Below, in pieces: positions 1 to 8,819 of a stretch of DNA of 24,031 bases. The translations under genes and the position numbers were made by a program. Origin of the DNA: a virus (Duplodnaviria > Caudoviricetes); the IMG/VR virus record IMGVR_UViG_3300031912_000058, positions 1 through 24,031 of that record. The stretch is one strand, 5' to 3'. The notes beneath the pieces are model-generated. The model was not told the DNA's origin. It searched no databases and saw only the letters and a list, made by a program, of their open reading frames with translations. Within the stretch, counting starts at the first letter, position 1, and each line of letters opens with the position of its first letter.

Positions 1-341
1 TTGCTGTGCATTTCGAACCAGACATCCACCCGAGGAATCACACCGTAGGCGTTGCCGGGCGAACAGACCCAAATGGTCCAGCTGGGGTCCTTGAACGGAG
101 CAAGGTCCCGGGAGGACGGGGCGGTCCCGATCATGGCGATCTTGAGGGGAGGTTTGGGTTCGGCAGACAGGTGGGGAGAAATAGGCTTGGCTTCCGGAGG
201 AATAACCGGCGGTGGCAGCGTCATATCCGGAACTTCTATTTTCCTAAGCTTGGGCCTACCCCGCGCGCGAACGGGCTCCGGACCATTACCCCCCTTCAGA
301 AGCTCGGTTCCAGTTGGGGTTATCTTGGCGATATTGTCCAT
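1..341 (-). CDS. Hypothetical protein, truncated by the window edge; N-terminal motif resembles GT42 sialyltransferase / Maf-DUF115 nucleotide-binding strand
   Basis: Not in the ORF track; translated by hand. ATG at 341 follows AGAAGGG and the frame is open to the edge: MDNIAKITPTG...PLKIAMIGTAPSSRDLAPFKDPSWTIWVCSPGNAYGVIPRVDVWFEMHS. Co-directional with the operon. The family call is weak. Confidence 0.7.
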   Translation of the reverse strand, partial: MDNIAKITPTGTELLKGGNGPEPVRARGRPKLRKIEVPDMTLPPPVIPPEAKPISPHLSAEPKPPLKIAMIGTAPSSRDLAPFKDPSWTIWVCSPGNAYGVIPRVDVWFEMHS

Positions 342-378
342 GGTAGCGTACCCTTCTATCGATTATGCCATCCTGGTA

Positions 379-1188
379 TCATCCTACCCCCATCATAGGC
401 AATGTGCTACTTTTGGTGACAACAGCCGCAGAAACAGCATGACGGATTGCGCTGGTTATGTCGAACTGCTGCGGAAACCAAAAGCCCCACGGATCATCGG
501 CCCACTGCCGCAATTGCGGCATCGACAGAACCGTAGTGGATATCATCGCAACAGCAAGTGGAAAATTTGAAAACTCATTCGAAGTGTCGTTGCCGATGGT
601 CCAAAGGTTCGTGCTCGAAGCAGCGGATGTCTGGCTGACGCTGCTCGTGAAAACCTGCCCCGTGATCATGTCCCTCATTACATAGTTGATGATGCTGCCA
701 CTGAACAAAGGCGCCGACATCGCAATGAAATAGCAACGTCCGACTGTCGGAGTGAAGGAAGCCGCATTGTCTGTATTGGTGTACAAGCATGGCTTGCCGC
801 TATGCATCCACCATCCCCAAGCGTTGCCGGCAGTCGCAACACACTGGTAAGCGCCCCCGTTCGTGGTCGTGTATCGAAAGATCGCAGCTGCCGTAAAATT
901 TCCAACGGGAACACTCGGGAAAGACGTGCCAAGTGCCTTGCACCCGGTCCCTGCAGTCAAGTTTGGACCGATTATCCCATCCGTTCCGACTATCGCGCTG
1001 GTTATTTGTGAACCTTGGGTGTTTACACAGCCTAGCCCGGTCAGCAAATTGATGTAGTTGGCATTAAGTGGATTGACAACGACTGCAATCTGCGCGCCCG
1101 GCGTCGCAGGATGCGCCGGGTTGATCCCCGGCGATGAGCGAGGATAGGCCAGTTTGCTGGCGGGCCGGATTGGAAAAATAAGCGGCAT
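379..1188 (-). CDS. Putative virion protein with concanavalin A/LamG-like beta-sandwich
   Basis: 269 aa; TAATG coupling with the upstream gene; beta-rich pattern ending TIGND...LSMPQLRQWADDPW, as in phage LamG-like domains. Confidence 0.6.
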   Translation of the reverse strand: MPLIFPIRPASKLAYPRSSPGINPAHPATPGAQIAVVVNPLNANYINLLTGLGCVNTQGSQITSAIVGTDGIIGPNLTAGTGCKALGTSFPSVPVGNFTAAAIFRYTTTNGGAYQCVATAGNAWGWWMHSGKPCLYTNTDNAASFTPTVGRCYFIAMSAPLFSGSIINYVMRDMITGQVFTSSVSQTSAASSTNLWTIGNDTSNEFSNFPLAVAMISTTVLSMPQLRQWADDPWGFWFPQQFDITSAIRHAVSAAVVTKSSTLPMMGVG

Positions 1189-1679
1189 TAGTTATTCAGC
1201 TGGATGTTGTAAGTCCGATACATCACGGTCTGCGTTCCCGAGGTGAACGTAAATCCACTGTTGTTCTGCAGCGCCAGCTTGAAGGTGCCAGGCGGAATAA
1301 TCACCTGCTGAATGAATCCCACCAGCGTCGTCTGCGATGCTGCTGCAACCAACGGAATCGTACCGATTGGAGGGAAGGTCGGTGTTTTCGCGGCCTGTGT
1401 TCCCGCAACAAACTGCCCATCCCCATACGTCGTCCCGTCGTCCAGCAACGCATAAAGCCACAGCGCAAGATTGGCGCCGGCGGCAATGGTGCTTGAGGCA
1501 ATGGCGCACCGCACCGAAATATCCATGAACATATCCAGATTGGTCTGGTTCGCGACGCCAGTCACACTGCTCAGCACGGCACTGCCATTCGGCAACGAGA
1601 CAAGGTCGGCCGAGTTGATCACAGTGGTCCAGGTAAAACCGACGCCATTACCTGCAGTCCATGCTGTCCTGTTCGTCAT
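1188..1679 (-). CDS. Putative virion structural protein
   Basis: 163 aa, beta-rich; TAATG overlaps on both sides. Confidence 0.7.
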   Translation of the reverse strand: MTNRTAWTAGNGVGFTWTTVINSADLVSLPNGSAVLSSVTGVANQTNLDMFMDISVRCAIASSTIAAGANLALWLYALLDDGTTYGDGQFVAGTQAAKTPTFPPIGTIPLVAAASQTTLVGFIQQVIIPPGTFKLALQNNSGFTFTSGTQTVMYRTYNIQLNN

Positions 1680-2140
1680 TATGTAAGCCCTGCATTCTGC
1701 GCGTCCGCAACCGAAAGACCACCGAGAGTCTGGCTGTTAAACGGATAACTGTTGTCCTCGCACCACGTATGAATGTAGTTATCGAAAGGAGCCACCAAAG
1801 CCGCCAGCGCCTGAAGGGTCTGAGTCTTGCCCGCGAACATGTTCTGTATGGCTGTCCGGACCGACGTGCCTTTCGAAGCGTCGATCGACGCATCCAGGAT
1901 CAACAGTTGAAGCTGCGCGACCTGAAGCGCGGTCAACCCGGCCAAGTCGGTCGCAACGATCGTGTTGATGATCTGGGTGCCGGTGAACATCGCCTTCTGC
2001 GGCGCCGCCACGGTCCATCCATTCACCTTGGCCACCTTCTGAGCGGTCGTATCGCCCGGAGCCAACCCAGACCCCGTAACACCAGTCGGCGGCTGGGTTG
2101 GACTATTCCAGGCATTGATGAGCGCCGTGTAATCCACCAT
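1679..2140 (-). CDS. Hypothetical phage protein
   Basis: 153 aa; AGGAGG Shine-Dalgarno upstream; coupled to the next gene. Confidence 0.75.
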   Translation of the reverse strand: MVDYTALINAWNSPTQPPTGVTGSGLAPGDTTAQKVAKVNGWTVAAPQKAMFTGTQIINTIVATDLAGLTALQVAQLQLLILDASIDASKGTSVRTAIQNMFAGKTQTLQALAALVAPFDNYIHTWCEDNSYPFNSQTLGGLSVADAQNAGLT

Positions 2141-2147
2141 CGGCCTC

Positions 2148-3446
2148 CTACGTATTGCTCACATAAAGACACGTTACATACAGCGTCGTCGTAGCTGGCG
2201 AAACCGTTGCAGTCCAGTTGTTCGCCGCGGTCGCTTGCGGCACCGCACTATCAACCGGCAGCATGAAACCACGCGTGTCGTTTGCCGGTACTTCGAAAAC
2301 AAACCGTGTCGTGCCAGCCGTCGCATCCTTGATGGTCACAAGCGCCACCGTCGCGCTGCTGTTCGTTAAGGTCAAGCCATACAAATCCTGAAATACACCC
2401 GCAGCGCCAGCGGTGAGAACCGTGGTCTCAGTCGATGCCGTGATCGAAGTGTTCTGCACGCCTTTGAGTTGCCGGATCGCGCCGACTACGACCTGCTTGC
2501 CCTGCTTGTCAAACGTCGCATTGACACGCTGACCATCCGAAACCGCGGTCGGGTTCGTCGTCTTGGCGAGGCCGCCGATCTTGACAGGGTAGCCCGCATC
2601 GGTCGCAGCATTTGCCGTATCGCCGGACATTGCGGATTGTAGATTGGCCGGGTTGCTCTGGAACACCTGCTCGTCGCCAGGAAGCGAACCAACGACCCAG
2701 AACAGCGTCAAAGTGCCCGTGCCAGCAATCACCGTCGACAACCGGACCCGGATAAAAGCACACCCTATCGTGAGAATCTGGAATTGCTGGTTGGCGTTCG
2801 CCGTCAAGGTATACGGGTTGGCCAGCAGCGTATTGGTGATCGGATCGATCAAGCGCGATGTCGGGATGGCTTTGTATGTCGTTCCGGCATCATAACTCTC
2901 TTCAAACGTCAGCGCGCCGCCCGTGATCGTCGTCGTCGTAACCATCGAGCCGACAATTGAACTGTAGAGAACCTGACCAAATATGAAAGCCTGCCAGGTA
3001 CCGAGCGTTGTCGAACTGTTCCACGCCGCGGTGGTCAGCGATGAAAACGGCTGCACAACTCGCGTATTGGCCTGAGCATCAAGCTGCAGCGGACTGCAAT
3101 TGCCCGAGGTGATGGTCGTCGGCGTCGTATTGAACTCGCCACCCGTCAGAATCATGTTGGCCGGCGTCGCGACATTCTGGGTCGAGGCCGCATCAAGAAT
3201 GCCGCCGGCATTGCCCAGGACGCGCGCCACTGTGTTCAATCTTCCGCCCGTGTCCAACGTCAGAGCGTTGATTGTCGCATTGGTATAGGTGGGAGCAGAG
3301 GTTACAACTGCCCCCTGACACATCGGGCCGCCCTGCACCGTCGTCGTCGTCGTCGCAGCAGGTGGGATCGTCAGGCCAAGCGTAGTGATCGTCCCCGTGC
3401 CGCTAGTCGGTACGCCATTCGTAATGCTTACAACCGGATCACTCAT
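2148..3446 (-). CDS. Thr-rich putative virion/tail protein
   Basis: 432 aa, Thr/Ala/Gly-rich, multi-domain beta character; start abuts the upstream stop. Confidence 0.75.
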   Translation of the reverse strand: MSDPVVSITNGVPTSGTGTITTLGLTIPPAATTTTTVQGGPMCQGAVVTSAPTYTNATINALTLDTGGRLNTVARVLGNAGGILDAASTQNVATPANMILTGGEFNTTPTTITSGNCSPLQLDAQANTRVVQPFSSLTTAAWNSSTTLGTWQAFIFGQVLYSSIVGSMVTTTTITGGALTFEESYDAGTTYKAIPTSRLIDPITNTLLANPYTLTANANQQFQILTIGCAFIRVRLSTVIAGTGTLTLFWVVGSLPGDEQVFQSNPANLQSAMSGDTANAATDAGYPVKIGGLAKTTNPTAVSDGQRVNATFDKQGKQVVVGAIRQLKGVQNTSITASTETTVLTAGAAGVFQDLYGLTLTNSSATVALVTIKDATAGTTRFVFEVPANDTRGFMLPVDSAVPQATAANNWTATVSPATTTLYVTCLYVSNT

Positions 3447-3917
3447 TTACAGCTTCCCAAATAGTCCCTTAACCGCCTTGTCTCTTGCTTCTGCCATATG
3501 CTTCCTGATAAGCGGAGTGTCGTCTTCGCGACCATCCGCATAAACTTCCATGACTGCTCTTTCCATCGCACCCCGGATAATAGGAACAGCGCTTTCCACC
3601 ACACTGGATGCTGAACCAAGCGCAATGCCAACACTTCGCTTGACCTGGGGATACATCCGCTCCGCCGAGGGCCTTTCCGCGTCGGGCAGCAACGATGGAT
3701 GATTATGATCCAGCAGCCACCGATGCGAGTAGTAACGCTGCCGCTTGGTCAGGATTAGCATCCTGGTTCGCGCCATGTGCAGCGTGACCATCGCTTCGAA
3801 GTTCGTTTCCGGCTGCGGTGCATCCGGAGCAACAAGATGCCATAGAGACCGGATGCCATCGACATCCATTTCCTCAAGACACTGCTTGATGGCCGCATCG
3901 CTGTCCATCATCGCCAC
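3447..3917 (-). CDS. Hypothetical protein (charged, helical)
   Basis: 156 aa; fills the gap in the operon; GAGGGG upstream; start may be ATG 3911 or 3908. Confidence 0.75.
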   Translation of the reverse strand: MAMMDSDAAIKQCLEEMDVDGIRSLWHLVAPDAPQPETNFEAMVTLHMARTRMLILTKRQRYYSHRWLLDHNHPSLLPDAERPSAERMYPQVKRSVGIALGSASSVVESAVPIIRGAMERAVMEVYADGREDDTPLIRKHMAEARDKAVKGLFGKL

Positions 3918-3923
3918 CCCTCG

Positions 3924-4376
3924 TCAGAGCAATGTGATGGTCGATGCCGTAGACAATGACGGCGTGACACCATTGCCCGTGACAATGTTCGGCGTCACCG
4001 TTCCCATCCACAACAGCGTCTGCGTGCCAGTTGGCGGCGACGCATTGGAGAACGATGTCGAGAAATTCGTCACGGTACCCGAACCGCCAGTCCCAGCCGG
4101 GAAGTTGATCGCAGCAACCGGCGATGTGCTGGCTGGGCCGGTCGCCGTGACCGTCCAGCCGCCCGAGGTTCGCGCCACGTTGACCCGGGTGTAACCTGTA
4201 TAAGCAGCCTCACTCGTGGCGGCCGTCCCCGCAGTGCCTGGATCAGCCGTATGCAGAGCAACCCCGATCTGCGTCTGCGGGGAGGTTGCCGCGTTGTCCG
4301 CGTAATTCGCCCAAGCCGTCGCGTTGTAGATCAGTTTGAGGATATTAGTCTCAGTCGTGCCGCCAATATTTGCCAT
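3924..4376 (-). CDS. Conserved phage tail-associated protein
   Basis: 150 aa; AAGGAG SD; LHTADPG...SEAAYTGYTRVNV...INFP motif typical of a widespread phage tail protein family. Confidence 0.75.
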   Translation of the reverse strand: MANIGGTTETNILKLIYNATAWANYADNAATSPQTQIGVALHTADPGTAGTAATSEAAYTGYTRVNVARTSGGWTVTATGPASTSPVAAINFPAGTGGSGTVTNFSTSFSNASPPTGTQTLLWMGTVTPNIVTGNGVTPSLSTASTITLL

Positions 4377-4387
4377 TGTCGTCTCCT

Positions 4388-6394
4388 TTAGAAGCCATAG
4401 TACAAATACGTTGGCGTGTACGATGTCGAAGAACCAACGCCACTTGCCGTTCCTGTCCCACTCGCACTGCCAACCGCAGAAACGGTCGCCGCACCAACCC
4501 CACTCCCCAAGCCAGTCCCGCTCGCTGAACCCTGACCCGCAGCTTGTGCAGCCGCTGCACCCGTGCCGGACGCGCTGCCGGTTGCCGTGACCGTCGATCT
4601 ACCAACCGCCGAGGCAGACCCGCTTCCGCTCGCTGCACCCTGCCCAGCTGCCTGTGCCGCCGCTGTGCCCGTGCCGGACGCAGATGCAGGAGACCTAGCC
4701 GTAGAGGCGCCCACGGCACTCGCTGTGCCTGTCCCGCTCGCACTGGCCGGCGAGGATGCAACTGAGCTGCCAACAGCGGAAGCGGACCCGGTTCCTGTTG
4801 CACTCGCAGTCGCCGAGGCGGTCGAGGCACCCACACCGGAAGCCGTGCCCGTTCCACTCGCTGCAGCCGTAGCCAATGCCGTCGAAGCACCGACACCGTT
4901 CGCGGTGCCTGTGCCTGTCGCGCTGCCAACCGATTCCCCAATACCGATCGCAGAGGCCGTGCCCGTCCCGGATGCAGAGCCAACGCTTGACGCAAAGACC
5001 AAACCAACCGCAGAGGCACTGCCTGTCCCCGTCGCAGCGCCTTGACCAGCTGCCTGCGCAGCAGCGGAACCCGTGCCTGTCGCACTACCAATCGAGGAGG
5101 CTGTCGAGGCGCCGACAGCGACTGCGGACCCCGTGCCTGCTGCCGTGCCTTGCCCAGCCGCCTGAGCTGAAGCCGTGCCTGTACCTGTTGCAGAGCCCGT
5201 CGAGCGAGCCACGGATGCACCAACACCAGACGCAGCCCCTGTTCCGGCCGCTGCACCCTGTGCCGCCGCTTGAGCGCTGGCAGTGCCTGTACCAACCGCA
5301 TTACCAGTCGCAGAAGCAACCGATGCCCCGGACGCACTCGCCGTACCGGTTCCAGCTGCCGTGGCCGTTCCCGTAGCGGTGGACGCTCCAACAGCGCTTG
5401 CTGTGCCAATACCAGCCGCTGCAGCGACAAAAGCAGCGCCCGATAGCCCGCTCGCGGTGCCCGTGCCCGTCGCACTGCCAACACCAGTCGCAATCGCAGT
5501 CCCAACAGCACTGGCTGCGCCTGTGCCTGCTGCACTGGCGGTCCCGGAACCAGTCGACGCGCCCGTGGCAGAGGCCGCACCCGTTCCAGCTGCACCACCG
5601 GTCGCAGTGAAGGTTGCGGCTCCAACGGCACTCGCGGCACCAGTTCCAGTCGCAGCTCCAACGGACTGAGCCACCGAGACACCGACACCAGATGCCGCTC
5701 CCGTACCATTAGCATTGCCCTGCCCCGCCGCTTGTGCCTGTGCTGTGCCCGTCCCCGCCGCACTGCCCACCCCAGAATTGGTGGACGCTCCAATCGCGAA
5801 GGCCGTACCCGTCCCCACCGCACTGCCAGCACCCGATACGGTCGAAGCTCCAACCCCGCTCGCATCGCCAATGCCCGCTGCTGCAGCGACAATGGCAGCA
5901 CCCGACAACCCACTTGCCGCGCCCGTCCCCGCCGCATTCCCAACACCAGAAAGGGTCACGGTTGAACCGGCTGCCGCCCCGCCTATTCCCGCCGCATTCC
6001 CAATACAGGAAATGATCGCAGTTGCCGCCGCACTCGCATCGCCCGTACCTGAGGCATTCCCCACTGCAGAAGCAATCGAGACACCAACGCCACTGGCATC
6101 GCCTATTCCACTCGCCGTGCCCGTCCCCGATACGGGCGGACCACTTACAGTGACCAGCGGGCCTATGGTCCATTCGGCGCCATCCCACGTCCAGACCGGT
6201 ATTCCAACCGCTGGAGGGTATGGCCATTGCTCGCCGTAAGTCGGCGAGTCTGGAAAGTCCAACCCCAGCACCGACAATGGTTTGGGATACTTCGTCCATT
6301 TCACGCCATCCCATGTCCAGACCGGCACGCCCTTAGTTGGCGGTGAAGGCCATTGTTGACCGACTGATGGCGTATTTGGAAAATCCAGCGGCAT
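4388..6394 (-). CDS. Gly/Ala/Ser/Thr-repeat putative tail fibre/spike protein
   Basis: 668 aa; duplicated N-terminal LDFPxxPxxGxQWPxPP...PVWTWDGxxW motif followed by dozens of G[SN]A[AST]GTGxASxVG repeats. Confidence 0.8.
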   Translation of the reverse strand: MPLDFPNTPSVGQQWPSPPTKGVPVWTWDGVKWTKYPKPLSVLGLDFPDSPTYGEQWPYPPAVGIPVWTWDGAEWTIGPLVTVSGPPVSGTGTASGIGDASGVGVSIASAVGNASGTGDASAAATAIISCIGNAAGIGGAAAGSTVTLSGVGNAAGTGAASGLSGAAIVAAAAGIGDASGVGASTVSGAGSAVGTGTAFAIGASTNSGVGSAAGTGTAQAQAAGQGNANGTGAASGVGVSVAQSVGAATGTGAASAVGAATFTATGGAAGTGAASATGASTGSGTASAAGTGAASAVGTAIATGVGSATGTGTASGLSGAAFVAAAAGIGTASAVGASTATGTATAAGTGTASASGASVASATGNAVGTGTASAQAAAQGAAAGTGAASGVGASVARSTGSATGTGTASAQAAGQGTAAGTGSAVAVGASTASSIGSATGTGSAAAQAAGQGAATGTGSASAVGLVFASSVGSASGTGTASAIGIGESVGSATGTGTANGVGASTALATAAASGTGTASGVGASTASATASATGTGSASAVGSSVASSPASASGTGTASAVGASTARSPASASGTGTAAAQAAGQGAASGSGSASAVGRSTVTATGSASGTGAAAAQAAGQGSASGTGLGSGVGAATVSAVGSASGTGTASGVGSSTSYTPTYLYYGF
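4430..6130 (-). repeat. Degenerate coding tandem repeats (approx. 14-19 codon units)
   Basis: Recurrent GTGTAS / GSASG / AQAAGQG units; these explain the many shadow ORFs on both strands. Confidence 0.8.
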
Positions 6395-6829
6395 TCATCC
6401 GATTCTCCAATCCGTCCCATCATCATACACAGGAACCCCATTGCTGCCTCCGCCAGCGACAACAGTACCAAATGCAGTTACCGTAGCATCTGTCACGAAT
6501 GCACGACGCCCGGTATAGCCAGCGACAGGCAGATTGCTAACGATAACCCCGGTTCCATCTCCACCACCATCATTGGAGACCGAGACCCATTGCTGGGACG
6601 TACCGTCATCATAATAGACGTAAAGCTGACCATTGGAGCTGTTAAACCACAGCATTCCGGCAGTGATATTACTCCCTGTCGGTGGTGTGGTTTGTACAAA
6701 GGTCAGAGTTCCGGTGCCACCAGCGCCACCGTCCTTAAGAACGCCGGGCGCAAACCATGACGCAACGTTTCCGGGGGCTATGGGGGGTATCCAGAAGAGA
6801 GCTTCAACGCCGCCGCCGCCAACTGCCAT
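6395..6829 (-). CDS. Putative tail-fibre-associated protein
   Basis: 144 aa; GGAGG SD; GMLWFNSSNGQLYVYYDDGTSQQWV motif seen in phage fibre modules. Confidence 0.7.
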   Translation of the reverse strand: MAVGGGGVEALFWIPPIAPGNVASWFAPGVLKDGGAGGTGTLTFVQTTPPTGSNITAGMLWFNSSNGQLYVYYDDGTSQQWVSVSNDGGGDGTGVIVSNLPVAGYTGRRAFVTDATVTAFGTVVAGGGSNGVPVYDDGTDWRIG

Positions 6830-6839
6830 CTAGAGCCTC

Positions 6840-7418
6840 CTAGATGCTGGCCGCCGCAGCCTTGATCGCCTTGATGGCGGCGTCATACCTGGATTTGGTG
6901 GACGTGTACTCCTGAAGGGCAGCTTCAGCCTTTGCTGCAAGCTGATTCGCGTGACGTTCGGCGTTGGCAATATCGCGCTTGGCCACTATCAAGGCAGTGT
7001 CGGCCTGATCCTTGATACGCTTAGCTTCCTCGTAGAGAGCCCGCCGTTCTCCATCTAGCTTCTCTGCATGATCAGCCTTGTCCTTGGCATCGGCCAGCTT
7101 AGCCTGAATGTCGGCCTTTGTGCTATCTAGCCAGTCCTGATGGGCTTTCTTGGCAGCTTCCATCTCTTTTTGGAACGCAATGCGATCGGACGCGATCTTT
7201 GTCTTGGCGGTCTCCTTGATGGACTCGACGGAATCCAGGATATCCCGGGCGGCATGACCGAGCTTCAAGTCTTCCTGAGCTTTCTCGAAAGCCTGCTTGG
7301 CGGCCTGAAATTCCTGAATGCGCGCCTTGGCGCCATCTTTGGACGTCAACAGCTCCATCAGGGCTCCGATATCAAGGGAACCGCCACCAGAAGACAGACC
7401 TGATCCGCCGACGCTCAT
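6840..7418 (-). CDS. Coiled-coil hypothetical protein
   Basis: 192 aa, A/K/E/D-rich heptad-like pattern. Confidence 0.75.
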   Translation of the reverse strand: MSVGGSGLSSGGGSLDIGALMELLTSKDGAKARIQEFQAAKQAFEKAQEDLKLGHAARDILDSVESIKETAKTKIASDRIAFQKEMEAAKKAHQDWLDSTKADIQAKLADAKDKADHAEKLDGERRALYEEAKRIKDQADTALIVAKRDIANAERHANQLAAKAEAALQEYTSTKSRYDAAIKAIKAAAASI

Positions 7419-7420
7419 GG

Positions 7421-7837
7421 CTAGTCACCTGCGGCCTGTATCAAGGTCATCGTAACCGTCTGGGTCGATGATCCTGCGGTCACCACATTAAGCCTGATGG
7501 CCCGGATTGGATAGGCATAGTTACCAGTGGCATTGGTGCTGGCCGCCGTGATGCCGGAATTAGGGAACCAGACCATACTGGTGGATGGAATGGTCATGTA
7601 ATCATCGAAAGAATGTTCCACGTTATAGGAGGTCACCACACCGCCCAATTGGCAAGTACAGCCAATACCGATATTGAATGGGTTCCGCATGATGTCCGGA
7701 TAATAGATAGACCCAGCCCAGTACCCGCCCAATTGCGTCGGCGGCACAGGCGTTCCTCCACCGGAAGGGCCCGAGGAATTGTAAGTGCTCGAATACCCGG
7801 TTGTGGTTGTGGTGAAGACTAATCCGGCAGTGGGCAT
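7421..7837 (-). CDS. Putative virion beta-sandwich protein
   Basis: 138 aa; AGGAGG SD; Ser/Thr-rich; similar to 8031..8351. Confidence 0.75.
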   Translation of the reverse strand: MPTAGLVFTTTTTGYSSTYNSSGPSGGGTPVPPTQLGGYWAGSIYYPDIMRNPFNIGIGCTCQLGGVVTSYNVEHSFDDYMTIPSTSMVWFPNSGITAASTNATGNYAYPIRAIRLNVVTAGSSTQTVTMTLIQAAGD

Positions 7838-7845
7838 TTGGCCTC

Positions 7846-8028
7846 CTATCCGTGGTGGAAGCCCTTCAAGGTCTTCGCCAGATTGGCTCGCCTGCGCAAC
7901 GTCGGATTAGACGAATGACTTGCCTTTGCAAGCTTGGATGCCGGTATCTTCTGACCTTGCGGAACGCCCAACTGAGAATGCAGAGCCCCGGGATGCTTGA
8001 TTGCTGACTGAATCCATTTCTTGGCCAT
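7846..8028 (-). CDS. Small basic conserved phage protein (MAKKWIQSAIKHPGALH...)
   Basis: 60 aa. The start is re-called to ATG 8028, immediately after the stop of 8031..8351; the track's longer version overlaps that gene. Confidence 0.75.
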   Translation of the reverse strand: MAKKWIQSAIKHPGALHSQLGVPQGQKIPASKLAKASHSSNPTLRRRANLAKTLKGFHHG

Positions 8029-8030
8029 GA

Positions 8031-8351
8031 TCACCCCAATGACTGCAGCATCTTCAAGGTGGCTGTCCCGGCTGACCATCCTGTAGATGATAGCCGCAGG
8101 CCCGCAACAGGGCTTAACAGGGTAACGGTAATGCCATCGATCTGGTATGCCGTGGAATAATGTGTCGTGGAAATATTGCTCCAAGATGGGCTGGGCGTGC
8201 GGGCAAGATCATCCATCGTGCATTGGATGGTAAAATCGATGGTGGCGGTGTTCGAAGACTGCGTCACCTGCACCATGGTTGTCTTGGCGAGACCCGTACA
8301 GGCGAGGGCCGGTGAAGCACCAGCCGAAGATAGGGTTACATACATCGCCAT
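8031..8351 (-). CDS. Putative virion beta-sandwich protein
   Basis: 106 aa, Ser/Thr-rich; fits operon spacing. Confidence 0.7.
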   Translation of the reverse strand: MAMYVTLSSAGASPALACTGLAKTTMVQVTQSSNTATIDFTIQCTMDDLARTPSPSWSNISTTHYSTAYQIDGITVTLLSPVAGLRLSSTGWSAGTATLKMLQSLG

Positions 8352-8354
8352 CGG

Positions 8355-8534
8355 TCAGTCTCGCTTGCTTGCCAACCAGATATTCGTATCGATGGAATTG
8401 ATGCTACTGCTTAATGTACTCTGCCCCTGTGGAACAGCAAAACTCCAAAGCTCATAGTAAAGCGCCAGACTGCTGTTAATATTCGTATTCAGGGGCTGTA
8501 AGGTCGAATTGATCTTCCCGGTCAGCGTAACCAT
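8355..8534 (-). CDS. Small hypothetical protein (59 aa)
   Basis: Below the track cut-off; hand translation MVTLTGKINSTLQPLNTNINSSLALYYELWSFAVPQGQSTLSSSINSIDTNIWLASKRD; TAATG coupling at 8534; fills the gap exactly. Confidence 0.65.
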   Translation of the reverse strand: MVTLTGKINSTLQPLNTNINSSLALYYELWSFAVPQGQSTLSSSINSIDTNIWLASKRD

Positions 8535-8806
8535 TACTTGCAGCTCGCCGTATTCTCTTTGATCCTGGCTGACGAGAACGGCGACTTACCGGCCCGTCCG
8601 CCCCGTGCATACTTGTCCATGCGGGCCTTGGACTTCTTGCCCATGACCTTGCCACCCTTCTTGAAGCCGTTATCCTTGGACTCGGCTTCCTTCATGACCT
8701 CACTGTCAGCGGCATTATATTTACCGCGATGCCCCATTTCAGACTGGTCCTTGCCGCCGCCACTTTCGCGACCACCCCTTTTGAACTTCGCTGCTTTACC
8801 GGCCAT
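8534..8806 (-). CDS. Small Lys/Gly-rich basic protein with repeated [FY]xxGG motifs
   Basis: 90 aa; start re-called to ATG 8806 (MAGKAAKFKRGG...) behind AAGGAGG. Confidence 0.75.
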   Translation of the reverse strand: MAGKAAKFKRGGRESGGGKDQSEMGHRGKYNAADSEVMKEAESKDNGFKKGGKVMGKKSKARMDKYARGGRAGKSPFSSARIKENTASCK

Positions 8807-8819
8807 GGATGGGCCTCCT

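Noticed and set aside
6-570. Plus-strand ORFs of 130 aa and 172 aa
   Set aside because: Antisense to the minus-strand genes 379..1188 and <1..341
4430-6130. Ice-nucleation protein, collagen or CRISPR/DGR interpretation of the repeats
   Set aside because: No AGYGST 16-mer, no strict Gly-X-Y, no identical DNA repeat-spacer pattern, and no reverse transcriptase in the window
4351-6314. Long alternative-frame and antisense ORFs (531 aa, 201 aa and several plus-strand ORFs)
   Set aside because: Shadows of the GC-rich G/A/S/T repeat gene, which lacks stops in other frames
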